From the NCBI GenBank assembly GCA_951406725.2, contig OX597827.1:23126001-23190000 (forward strand): a DNA stretch of 64,000 bases. The letters are read 5' to 3'. Source of the DNA: Octopus vulgaris (Eukaryota). Below are positions 25,038-37,681 of this stretch, in pieces (position 1 is the stretch's first letter; each line of letters begins with the position of its first letter). Under the pieces are notes generated by a model, which was not told the origin of the DNA, did no database searches, and saw only the letters and a program-made list of their open reading frames with translations. The position numbers and the translations under genes were made by a program.

Positions 25038-25394
25038 CAATTGCAGCGTGGAAGGTGTTTGTAAGCCATTTAAGAAACACACAAAAGCCGCTCGATTCAC
25101 TCCAACATATAAGTTCAATTTGTCAAAACACCTTCGTCGCTTTAAGACCGCGACCCGTTCACTGACAAAATCCGTGCTGCATCTCATGGATGCAGCACGG
25201 ATCCTTGTCAGTGAACAGGTCGCGGTCCCAAAGCGACGAAAACACTTTGACAAATTAAACCTAAATGTTGAAGTGAATCGAACGGCCCTTGTGTGCTTCT
25301 TAAATGGCTTACAAACACCCTCCATGCTGCAAGTGTTTTCGTTTCAGCACTCGATCTCAGATCAAATCACTTGCTATGCAAGTACATCTCCGTA

Positions 25395-25396
<2 letters not shown>
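25036..25396. mobile_element. Fold-back element with ~148-bp arms and a 5-nt loop, hammerhead-bearing, with skewed T>C substitutions
   Basis: Arms 25036-25183 and 25189-25337, unique tail to 25396; paralog at 42347-42698; (TA)n flanks. Confidence 0.9.
25205..25253 (+). ncRNA. Minimal hammerhead-like motif with G3:C8 core
   Basis: UUGUCA-GUGAACA-G-GUCGC(9 nt)GCGAC-GAAA-ACAC-U-U-UGACAA; loop III is AUAU in the paralog. Confidence 0.6.
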
Positions 25397-26432
<1,036 letters not shown>

Positions 26433-26800
26433 TCATCATCATCATCATCATCATTTAGCGTCCGTTTTCCAAGCTAGCATGGGTTGGACGGTTCAACTGG
26501 GGTCTGTGAAGCTGGAAGGCTTCATCAGGCCCAGTCAGATCTGGCAGTGTTTCTACGGCTGGATGCCCTTCCCAACGCCAACCACTCCGTGAGTGTAGTG
26601 GGTGCTTTTTACGTGCCACCCGCACAGGTGCCAGACAGAGCTGGCAAACGGCCACGAATGGATGGTGCTTTTACGTGTCACCGGCACGGGGGCCAGGCGA
26701 GGCTGGCAACGGACACGAACGGATGGTGCTTTTACGTTCCACCAACACGGGGGCCAGACAGAGCTGGCAAACGGCCATGAAACGGATGGTGCTTTTACGT
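26433..26800 (-). mobile_element. RTE-1 3' end (family D) with tandem units
   Basis: Same ~60-bp units as at 19110. Confidence 0.88.
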
Positions 26801-26801
26801 G

Positions 26802-26844
<43 letters not shown>

Positions 26845-26846
<2 letters not shown>

Positions 26847-28714
26847 TTAGAGTGTTTTGGAAATTCCTTGATACAGTTATAATATTTTGAGAGAAGACTT
26901 TTCCTCAGAGGGTTAAGGTTGAGAAAAGAACCTTTTAAGAAAGTCAAAGCCGCTAACCTTTGGGAAGAGTTTTCACAAAATGTGTTTTGGCTTTGCTTTT
27001 ATAGATATGTGCAAGTGCTTTCAGTTCTTAACGTTTTCAAGTATGTGTTATTACATATAGTGAAAGTTGTTTTTAGTTTTGGACTCAGAAATCTTATAAG
27101 ATATTCTTCTTTTGCCTTCCGTAGAAGGTCGTTCTTTTCATTTATTTTATGAAGAGGGAAAATTGTAAATTTTCCTTGTTCACAGGTGTTCAAATGATCG
27201 CTACATGGTAAGCATGTAAGTGCAGGATATTTTATTTGATATCTGTGCACATTTGCATGGTTGGTTAATTTCGTTTTTGCTTCCCCAATATAATGTTCGT
27301 TGGGTCATGGGCATGTAATGCAACATATCAGGTTTTTGCTTTTACAGTTCATGTTTGCATTGACCTTTAATTCTTTTCCTTTCTTGAATTCTTTTGGCTG
27401 GTCCCTGTTCTATTAAATTACATGTCCCACATTGGGGTCTCTACATTTGGTAACTTGCAGCATTTCTTCCTCTGATGCAAATCTTGCTTTGGTTAGAAGT
27501 TTCTTAAGTGGTTGCCTTCGGCTGTTGATTATTTGTTATTCCTTGATTATTTGTTGGAGCCATGGGCACTGGTGTAGAATTGGTAGAAGGTGTCTGGCTG
27601 CTTGTAGAATATTGTGGTTCCTGGAATTGTGAGTGATAACAAATGGGATATTTTTATGTTCATTTTTCTGTTTATCCTCAATGTGAGTGTTTTTTGTTCT
27701 TAGTGTAAAGATTGGGATATTTTTAGCTTCAGTTATCGCTTGGTCTATTAGTTTGGTGGGGTATTTTTGCTTTTTAAGGAACAAGTTCTGCTGGTTGTCT
27801 TTCTCTTCTATTTGTCTCCAAAACTACTGTACATATTTGTCTTGCCATATTAAAGGGTATGTTTCTTTTTGTATGGGAAGGATGGCAAGATCTGAAGTCT
27901 AAATATTGGTGTGTGTCCCCGTGTTTTTGTAATAGAGGTCAGTTGTTATAATCTCATTCTCTTTAATTATTAAGATATCTAGGAAGCGGAGTTCCCTTTC
28001 ATTCGTTTCTATAGTAAATTGGATTGATCCATGGATGCTGTTTATTATTTCAAAAAATTATTTAAAGTCTTCCTTACTCTGTTCCAGAATATAAAGCAGT
28101 CATCCAAAGATCTCTCCCAGTTTCCCACTAGGTATGAGTGGAAGTTTTGACCAAAAGAAATCTGAGATAAGCAGTAGATTATTTTCTTCCAAATAACCCA
28201 TTACTAATGTGGCAAGTGTAGGTGCTATCTTGGTACCCATTGCAGTCCCATGTATTTGTAGGTAGTATTGGTTGTGAAAAAAGTAGTTATTTCCTAGTAC
28301 TAGCTGTAGCCCTTCAAGTGTGAACTCCTTGGAGAATCTTTCTTGGATTCCTTGTGGCTGTTTGTGTATCCAGAACTCTATTGCTTCTTGTCCTAAGTTA
28401 TGGGGAATATTGGTGTAGAGGCTGACTAATATGGTTTCTTTGTTCACTCGTTTTGGAATGTGGTTTAGGAAATCCATATCATCTCTAATAAAACTAGGGA
28501 CCAATTTACATAAGGGTTTTAGAAATGTGTTAAGCAAGTTGCTTAGTCTTTGCGTGCTTGATGCTGGTTCTGCTACCATCTGGTCTTAATTAAAGATCAG
28601 ATGGTCTGGGAATCATTATACAGCGAGTCTGGATGTCCTTCAAACAGTTGTTAATTTCTTTAGAATTGTGGATTTTCAGAAGACCATAGAAGTCACTGGT
28701 TTTTGCTTCAAACA

Positions 28715-28715
<1 letters not shown>
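26845..28715 (-). mobile_element. Penelope-like element, degenerate RT plus GIY-YIG endonuclease
   Basis: LKPLCKLVPSFIRDDMDFL, SLYTNIPH, YLQIHGTAMGTKIAP, IPFVITH, YIGE motif near 27290 and a C-terminal E..LI..LSPKL; decayed CUGAGGA hammerhead remnant at ~26880-26910. Confidence 0.92.
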
Positions 28716-28761
<46 letters not shown>

Positions 28762-28909
28762 TATATATATATTCCTCCCACAAGGCTTTGGTCAGCCCAA
28801 AGCTACAGTAGAAGACACTTGCCCAAGGTGTCACACAGTGGGACTGAACCTGGAACCATGTGGCTAGGAACCAAGCCTCTTACCATACAACCACACCTCT
28901 CTCTCTCTC

Positions 28910-28966
<57 letters not shown>

Positions 28967-28979
28967 ATATATATATATT

Positions 28980-29413
28980 TTCTTTTATTCTTCTACATGT
29001 TTCAGCCATTTGACTGTGGCCATACTGGAGCACCACCTTTTAGGAGAACAAATCGACCCCAGGTCTTATTTCTTGTAAGCCTAGTACTTATTCTATCAGT
29101 CTCTTTTATCGAACCATTAAGTTACAGGGATGTAAACACACCAATATCGGTTGTCAAGCGATGGTAGGGCGACAAACACAGACACAGACAGACACACACA
29201 CACACGTGTGCACACGCACACGTGTGCACACGCACACATACACACACATATATACGACGGGATTCTTTCTGTTTCTGTCTACCAAATCCACTCACAAGGC
29301 TTTGGTCGGCCCAAGGCAATAGTAGAAGACCCTTGCCCAAAGTACCACGCAGTGGGACTGAACCCAGAACCATGTGATTGGGAAGCAAGCTACTTACCAC
29401 ACAGCCACTCCTG
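28980..29413 (-). mobile_element. SINE family A, full length (extra head fragment at 28778-28896)
   Basis: tRNA head, CORE-like motif, internal (CA)n and family tail. Confidence 0.9.
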
Positions 29414-29415
29414 AA

Positions 29416-29417
<2 letters not shown>

Positions 29418-29479
<62 letters not shown>

Positions 29480-29582
29480 GGATAAAATATGAAGTAACTT
29501 GAAATATAATAGTGTTCTGGTGTGTTGTCCAAGTGTTTTGTGTTTACATATTCGTGGCTCTTTCGACATGTGACTGTGTTAG

Positions 29583-29625
<43 letters not shown>

Positions 29626-29732
29626 ACACACACAGACACATACACACACACAGAGCAACTCTGTTGCATGTATATTGAAGCAAAGGACATTGTCATCATT
29701 ATACAGAAAGAGAGAGGGAGAGAGAGAGAGAA

Positions 29733-29781
<49 letters not shown>

Positions 29782-30370
29782 GAAAGAGAGAGATGAATAT
29801 ATTAAAATGGCTAAGTTGCCATAAGTTGTAGTGAAGAGACTGTGAGGCTGTGTAGGCTAAAGACTGTCTGCAATAGGAAATTTAGCCGTGCAGGGTCAAT
29901 GTGATACATTCACCATGGGATCTAGGGCAAAACACTGAGGCAGCAGTCATCCATCCCATCTCATTACAATCTGGAAGAAAGCACAGGCAATTCTTTTTAG
30001 ATGCTTTGTTTAAGTTTAATTAAAGTCAATTCTTAATTACACCTGTACCAGGTAAGATAAGATGTTGAGTTAGATAGCAGACAGGTTTAACGACATTCTC
30101 GTTTGGTGGGCATGTAGAGTCGAGGAGCTGGTTTTGTATATGTGTGTGTGTGTGTGTATGTGTGCATGTGTGTGTATGTGAGTGTTTCTGCATGTGTGTA
30201 CAAGTGTGCATGTGTGTGTGCGTACAAGTGTTCATGTGTGTGTGTGTGTATGTGAGTGTGTCTGTATATGTGTGTGTACAAGTGTGCATGTGTGTGTATG
30301 TGAGTGTGTCTGTATATGTGTATGTGTGCTTGTGAGTGAGTGTGTGGTTGTGTGTGCGTGTGGGTGGGGG
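29418..30370. repeat. (TA)n, (CA)n, (GA)n and (TG)n tracts
   Basis: Direct. Confidence 0.9.
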
Positions 30371-31275
30371 TGAGTTCATGCATTTGCACATGCAGTAGTA
30401 TATGGTAGAGTAGTTTGCGGAATGGAAGAGTGATGGAGAGGAAATATAATTGATGAGAGAACATACATCATCATCATCGTCGTCATCGTCACCACCACCA
30501 TCATTTAACATATGTTTTTCATGCTGGCATGGGTTGGAGGGTTTGACAGGACCTGGCAATCCGCAGAGCTGAGGGAAGCACCCATGTTGGCTTTGGCATG
30601 GTTTCTTTGGCTCAATGCCATTTCAACCATCAACCATTTTACGGAGAATGCTGAGGTTTTTTTTTTGTCTTGCCACCAGCACTATCGAGATTACCAGGAA
30701 ACTTGCAAGGCAGAAGGAGATCAGGGAGAAGCCCCACATCTTGGTGGGAAGGGTAGAGCATTTGAGAGGGGGAAGTGGCCTTAATCTGGGTGTTGAGTGG
30801 TTAAAATATGATAGAGAGACAAGGATGTTTTTTTTGTTTTTCTCTGGAGGAGATGCATGGCTACCATGCATTATATAAGTGTGGTTGGGAGTAGCTGAGA
30901 AGACAAAGATGGTAGTGATAGTATGCCAGAGCTAAGCCTCAATGAGCCTCAGAGGGGTGGACATAAGAAACGATGTGGACGGAAGAGGAGGAGGGAGAAG
31001 GTGCATGGATAGTTTTGGTTTTTACGACTGCAGGAACTTCCTGATGCCAATCACTTTACAGAATGTCCTGGGTACCTTTTCCCATGGTACTGTCCCTGGT
31101 GAGTTCACTGAGTAATTTACAAGACATGGGCCCTTGACAGAGTGAGGTGGTGGTGGTGCAGTATTAAAGGCAGTGGCTTTGTATTGGTGTTGAAGGGGTG
31201 GAGTATTGTAGAGAGATAGAAATAAAGTATCTTGTTGTTGTAGAGGATATTCATGACTAACCCCAGCATGAAAAG

Positions 31276-31334
<59 letters not shown>

Positions 31335-31339
31335 TACAG

Positions 31340-32025
31340 GAGCATACAGGATGGAAATCAGTTCAGAAAAGAACAAGATTCTGGTTGATAGTAACAACCA
31401 GAACACATGAACCAGCATCACGCTGATCAGAGAGGGACTTGATGAAGGGGAAACTCAACATCCACTGTGACCAAGAATGGCAGATCTCAAAAGAAGATAA
31501 CAAGACTCTGGTGCCCTGATGAAGCTGAATACAAAATGGAAAAGCAACTCTATTAGTTTTCCAACAAGACTCAGAGTGTCCAAGAGCCTGGTGACTTCGA
31601 TCCCTCTGTCTTGGTCTGAAAGCTGGACTCTTACAGCTGAAATGGAGTGAAGAATCCAGGCATTTTAGCACAAGTGCTTCAGAAGGTTATTACCCATCCC
31701 ATACACAGAACACAAAAGGAATACCTTTGTCAGGCAGCTAAGTTAGCAAATACAGACAAGAACCACTCCTTGTGTAGGTAAAAAAAAAGGGAACCTTGCC
31801 TGGTAAGATCACATATTCTGTCACAACTCCTTTTTTGAAACCATCCTTCAGGGAACAGTCGAAGGAGGTCAAATAAGAAGCAGGTAGAGAAGATCCTGGT
31901 TGGACAACATCAAGGACTTGGACAAGTCACAGCACAGTGACCCTGTTATGCATGACAGAGGACAGAGATCATGGACAAGGGCAGACTGCAAAAGTGTCTG
32001 GAGTGGTACCCCAGCAACTGGCTGC
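31340..32025 (+). mobile_element. Degenerate RTE LINE RT C-terminus (third family)
   Basis: YRMEISSEKNK, ESWTLTAE, TILQGTVEG, SWLDNIKD fragments. Confidence 0.75.
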
Positions 32026-32834
32026 ACATGTACACACACTCTCATGCACATACATACATGATGGCAGCAAACTCAGGTTCGAGTACTGCTATCACCTGAT
32101 CGAAAGTCCCACACATGAAAAAGCTATGATCAACCATTTTTGTGATAAGTCTGTCTCTTTTACAAGCGATGCCTGTGAATGATGATTTTTCATATTGGAG
32201 GAAGAGGATTTGCACAAATCCAGACCCACTCTCTGAACACGGACAGCATAAACTCAAAAAGAAGAACTAGTCTACATTATTAAATATTGTCAGAGTCACA
32301 GGTTTTCTCCCAGAGTTTCCCTCTCCTAGAGAGATGTTGTGACAACAACAGAGAGGCCTCCCTCTCCCAGTGGGCCAACCACATGCCTGGACACCAACCC
32401 AGGTATTTCCACATCCCCATGCATACACACACACATATTGTTGGATGGCTATTGACTGCTCTTGAGCCCTTTTGCCCTTTGACAGGTCTTATTTTTCATC
32501 CTGCAGGGTGTCCAACAAGCACCCTCCTCACCAAGCCAGCATGATGGGGTTGCCAATTTAGTCACCGATGACCCGACCATGCAGCAGGTTGTATTAGATT
32601 ACATGTTACCAGTAGCGCCCAAGACTGACCAGACATACATACACACATGTATGTGTAGTTTAAAAGTAATTTAAAACCCAGAAATGGTTGACGTAGGTCA
32701 TATCTAGGAGCATTAGTTACAGCTGTGTCCAGTGCAGTGAATGGCCACTGGACACTGATACCTTTATCTCAACTGTCCATTATATTAATGACATGACAAT
32801 ACAAACTTTCTCATGGTCACCAAATTGTTCATAG

Positions 32835-33220
32835 TCATCATCATCATCACCATCACCATTTTACATACCATTCCTACCACCGCCACCACCAAAGCCACCA
32901 CCACCACCACCACCACCGCCACCACCACCGCCACCACCACCGCCACCACCACCGCCACCACCACCGCCACCACCACCATCACCACCACCACCACCACCAC
33001 TACCACCACCACCGCCGCCAACACCACAGTCACACCAGTATCACTACTAATACCACCAGTATCATCAGCACCACTATCACCATCACCATCACTACCACCA
33101 TCATTTCCACGATCACTACCACTCCCACCACCACCAGCTTCCCTACTGTCACCACCAGACCACCACCATTACAGCCATAGCAATGCCACCATGACGACGG
33201 CGACCACCACCACCACCATT
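32835..33220. repeat. (CCA)n-derived trinucleotide repeat
   Basis: Direct. Confidence 0.9.
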
Positions 33221-33350
33221 GTGCTGTTCGTGACTCAGATTCTTGTAAAACCAGAATTTCAGTTTAATTTAAATTTCTTTTATTTTTGTTTCCTTTTCAT
33301 GAAAATACTTAGAGTTTCCACTTAAGCAAATTTATTTATATATACGTGCA

Positions 33351-33412
<62 letters not shown>

Positions 33413-33799
33413 TATGTATGTGTGTGTATGTGTATGTGTATGTGATGTGCGTGTGTGTATGTCTGTGTGTGTGAACACACACTTATGTTTTCTTTTCTTA
33501 GGTGGAGTTTCATAGTTATTCTGACCCGTTATTGAAGAAAGGGAACTTGTTCTCTTTGTTACTATTCACGTATGCTTGCTTGTATGTGTGTGTGTTTCTT
33601 TGGACTCTATTTCTTACTTCTTTCGTCTTTTCCTGTGCAGAATTCAAGCCAATCCCTAATAGAGAGGCAAAGCTCTTTTGTTGAAGTCAAGACAGCCTTT
33701 GGGGTATGTGTATAGGTAAACTGGCACCCATGTGTGTGCATGTTGTCACAAAACACAAGTGTATATTTCATTACTGCTTATGGATATGCATTCATATAT

Positions 33800-34117
33800 A
33801 GCACATAAAAAGCACCATCTGAATGTGGCCAATGCCAGTGCCACTTTGACTGGCTTCTGTGCTGGTGGCACATAAAAAGCACCATCCAATTGTGTTCGAT
33901 GCCAGCTCCTCTGGCCCCTGTGCTGGTGGCATGTAAAATAGCACCAACTACACTCTTGGAGCGGTTGGTGTTAAGAAGGGCATCCAGCTGTAGAAATATT
34001 GCCAGATGAGATTGGGGCCTGGTGCAGCCTTCTGGCTTCCCAGAACCCAGTCGAACTGTCCAACCCATGCCAACATGGAAAATGGACGTTAAACGATGAT
34101 GATGATGATGATGATGA
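33800..34117 (+). mobile_element. RTE-1 3' end (family D)
   Basis: Tandem units plus (GAT)n. Confidence 0.85.
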
Positions 34118-34159
34118 TATATTCCATTTGTATTTGGGGTTGTGTACCTAAGTTCAACC

Positions 34160-36300
34160 AGGAACTGGTGAATCCCTTGAATGTTTTACAAACTTTCACT
34201 GCTCCTTTGATTGATTGTATCTGGAGAATACAAACCAGGCTGCTCTGTTCTGCCTTGGAGAACCCAAGTGTTTCTAGGCTCCTATACAAATCTGTTGCAA
34301 TGTAGCTCAATGCAGCTTATGATAATAGGGACAAATGAAAATCTGTAATCTGGGTATAAGAGCTGGAGGTTTCTCATCAGTTCTCCATAGATGTTGTTCT
34401 TTTCTCCAATTTTGCGCAAACATTCACATCCATTGAGCTGTTGCTCACTACACTGGTACAAGAATTTTACTGCCTGTCTCTTACAGCCATATCAAGCCTG
34501 CAGTATTTATTGGAATGTTCTACCAGACTGCAGTTTTTATTGGAATGTTCTTCTAGAATTCTTTAGTTTTGAAGGTGTAGATACTCTCTGAGTCTAATAT
34601 GCTTCTGGTATTCCTTAAACATGGTCCTTTTTGTGTATAGCATTGTAAAGCACCTTAGTGCCAATGCCATGTCTCTTAACATTGTTGGACAGCTAATGAT
34701 GTTAAAAGGAACATCCTCCACATTGGTATGGCATAATTGACACTTTTTATCACAGTGTAGGGATTTAAAGATATCCTTATTGCTTTTATTGATCAGGTTT
34801 TTGTAGCTATCTCCTGTTCTTTGACAGAAAAGACATTTCTAGATGAAATATGATGTATTCATTCAGATCCAGGAGAGGCAACTATTCCTGTCAGTGTTGC
34901 TGGCATTCTCCACCCTGTTGGTCATATATAACGTTCAGTGGCTATGATGAGTATTTCTCTTCCATGTCCCTATTTAAGTAGATCCGTCCAAGTGCCCTCA
35001 CACTGCCTGTTCAGGAGTTCTTTGCCTAATCTCATGCTGTTATTAGCATTACACTTGAATACAAATGTGGCATACTCATATCTTCCTTTATTGCTTAATA
35101 AGTGTTGTCCAAGTGAATGATGGAACACACAGCGGCCATCTAGACTGATCCTGTACCTCAATTTCCATCTCTCCTTTTAATGTAGATCCTGTTCCAAAGT
35201 CTTCTAAAGTGATCTTTCCTATTTCTAGTTCCAACATATGCAATATTCTTGTTAATTCCAAGTTATTTCTAATTCAACACTGGTGATAGAAAAAATGGAC
35301 AGGCCATTGCTATCCATATTTCATGCCTGGTCAAGCAGAATATTCTCTCATTTGAATACTTGTTCTGACCAAAATCCATTTCTGTATCCTATGAAAATGG
35401 TTTGACCAGTTCTGCCTCTTGTTGTTGTGAATATAACTTGGTTACAACTTAAGGTCATCAACAAATAAGGTGTGGGTGAAACTAATCTGTCTTTCATCAG
35501 TGGAACTTATCATGAAGTTGCATTTCATTTACAGGGTTGACAAGGGGATCACTGTTAGGACAAAAAAGGCATTAAAGCAAGCCGTTCCCTGAGATATTCC
35601 TATTGGCAATCCAATTCTGTAATTGGCTGTGGAGTGGTATCATCAGTTCTAAATGATAACTCTGTGGACCATATTGTTGCCAGCCTCTTAATGGCATCAA
35701 CTACAACAGCTGGAATCTTAGCAAGGCAGAGTGATTCTATTAACCATATTTTTTATAACAAAACTGTTCACTTACTGTTTGCAGTTTGTGTTTAAGGGCA
35801 ATCAACTTGCCTGTTAGTATTTCTTGTCAGCAGTTCTCATAGATTTCAGATAATCTCACATAATCTATCAGCTGGTGGTTAGGGAATTTATTATTCACTT
35901 TGGTTTAATGACAACATCTGAATATTCCCAATATTTTTTCTGACTCTGTTCCTTTAAGTGAGTTAATCCATTTTGGTTGGTTCTCCTCACTGTGATTGCT
36001 ATCTCTCATTAAATAGTAACCACAGCACAATATAACTGAATATTCAATCTCCAAAAGTTGAGAAATTCAATCTCTTCCAATTGATCTCCAGCCATTTCGT
36101 CCATCGCAGATAACATCAAATCGCTTGGCTTTCTATTGATTCCTCTCGTAATTGTCCTCTCATGCAATTATTCGTTAATGGAGATAGTGAAGTTTTCTTT
36201 GAGTTTTGTTGTTCAATGTTCTTTCAGTGGTTTTATATTCTTCACTCAATGTTTCTGTTTGTTCATAATCATTTACTGCTCTTTCATGTTGCTGTAGCAT
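34160..36300 (-). mobile_element. Highly degenerate RLE-type LINE (R4/Dong-like)
   Basis: Minus GISQG..FVLTVIPLS at ~35540-35610; CQLCHTNVED..IISCP zinc knuckle at ~34690-34745; C-terminal YIATDLYRSLETLGF. Confidence 0.65.
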
Positions 36301-36714
36301 GGTCGTCTCAGTTATTTTTTTTATATCAACATTGGTCATGATCTCTGTTGTTTATGATCTTCTCAGGAGAAGAAATAACTGGACTGGTCCAACTCTTATT
36401 TCCTGCATGATTCTGGTGGCCTGTAGTGATGTACATATATACGTGTGTGTATGTGTATGTATGTATACATGCATGCGTATCTGTTCCTTCTTTTTATTTA
36501 TTACTATTCTTTCTAGATTGAGGGAGCTGGTTTCTAACAAATAAACCAAAGTTCCATCAGTGGAGTTTGGATAACAGCAATAATAATTGTTATAAAACTT
36601 TAAGAATGTCTTGCATATTTTTACTGTTCTACTTACAGATTGCATTGTGTAAAGTTTGTGCTGGTCTCTTTCTCTACTTGAAACTCCTAGCTTCTCCAGA
36701 TTGTGGCTTTGATA

Positions 36715-37232
36715 TTTACTAACACTAACCTTGAAGCCTCCCTTGGGGCGGTATTCAGGCTAGCTCCTGCGGAGGGCACCTATCAGGTCACTTTGTGGCA
36801 CTCTACCCTTCTGTGATGAAACTTATTTCTGCAAATGTGTGAAGTACTGATGCTGATCATAGTTTAATCAATAAACGTAGGAGCGAGGTAAATGCAGTAA
36901 AAATAGGGAGAGGGGTCAGTGGGGCCCCGTTTAAACGGCCCTTCAGAAACTGAACAGCCTTGTGATACTCATGAAATTCATTGTCATTGCTCCAGTTTGG
37001 TCGCCAATGCCATGTACTTAGTTTAAAAGGCAGTAAAAATAAGGTGGGGGGTGGGTCACTGGGGCCCTAGTTAGGTGGCCCTTAAAAAAATGGATATCCT
37101 TAGGACATTTCCTGGGATTAGGGGAGTTGGTGGTTTGAGTTTCGTTGTCCTTGCACCAACGGTCTAAGAAAAATTAATGAACATAAAAAAATGTAACAGA
37201 GAAACATCACTCAGATTTATATCAAGAAGATA
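36715..37232 (+). mobile_element. Possible Helitron/Helentron-derived non-autonomous element with two internal repeat units
   Basis: gcagtaaaaata..ggtca.tggggccc..ggccctt repeated at ~36894 and ~37030. Confidence 0.35.
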
Positions 37233-37370
37233 ACCAAGAGCTTCAATGAGAGTTCTGGTCATTGCAAACTTCCAGAAGTAGTTCATACTTTGAATTTTTC
37301 AGGAAGCCCAGATCTTTTAATCCTCTTCAGCCACTCTTCTCTCTGCTTCTCTGAAAATGCTATTCCTATT

Positions 37371-37409
<39 letters not shown>

Positions 37410-37413
<4 letters not shown>

Positions 37414-37543
37414 AAATTTAGAAGACTGACCACTAAAAGTGGACAGCCTATATGCTATTTTCTTTGTGGAAAATAGTGATTTTGACATCTATATCTAGCA
37501 TATAGGATGTCCACTTTTACTGGTCAGTCCTCCAAATTTTGTA
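37410..37543. repeat. 48-bp-arm inverted repeat next to (TA)n
   Basis: Arms 37410-37457 and 37496-37543 with 4 mismatches. Confidence 0.85.
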
Positions 37544-37629
37544 CATAAAAAATTTTTAATCTTTGGATTTTTAAAAATATGCTAGGCCACTGGTTTTAAT
37601 TGATTAATATCAATTTTTACCCTTATTTG

Positions 37630-37681
<52 letters not shown>

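Noticed and set aside
30001-30051. Plus-strand exon-like segment (also 5694-5836 and 33502-33568)
   Set aside because: Isolated splice-like sites with stops or non-protein-like frames; expected by chance
32813-33325. Mucin-like Thr/Pro-rich ORF with hydrophobic ends
   Set aside because: Built from (CAT)n/(CCA)n repeats; no independent gene evidence
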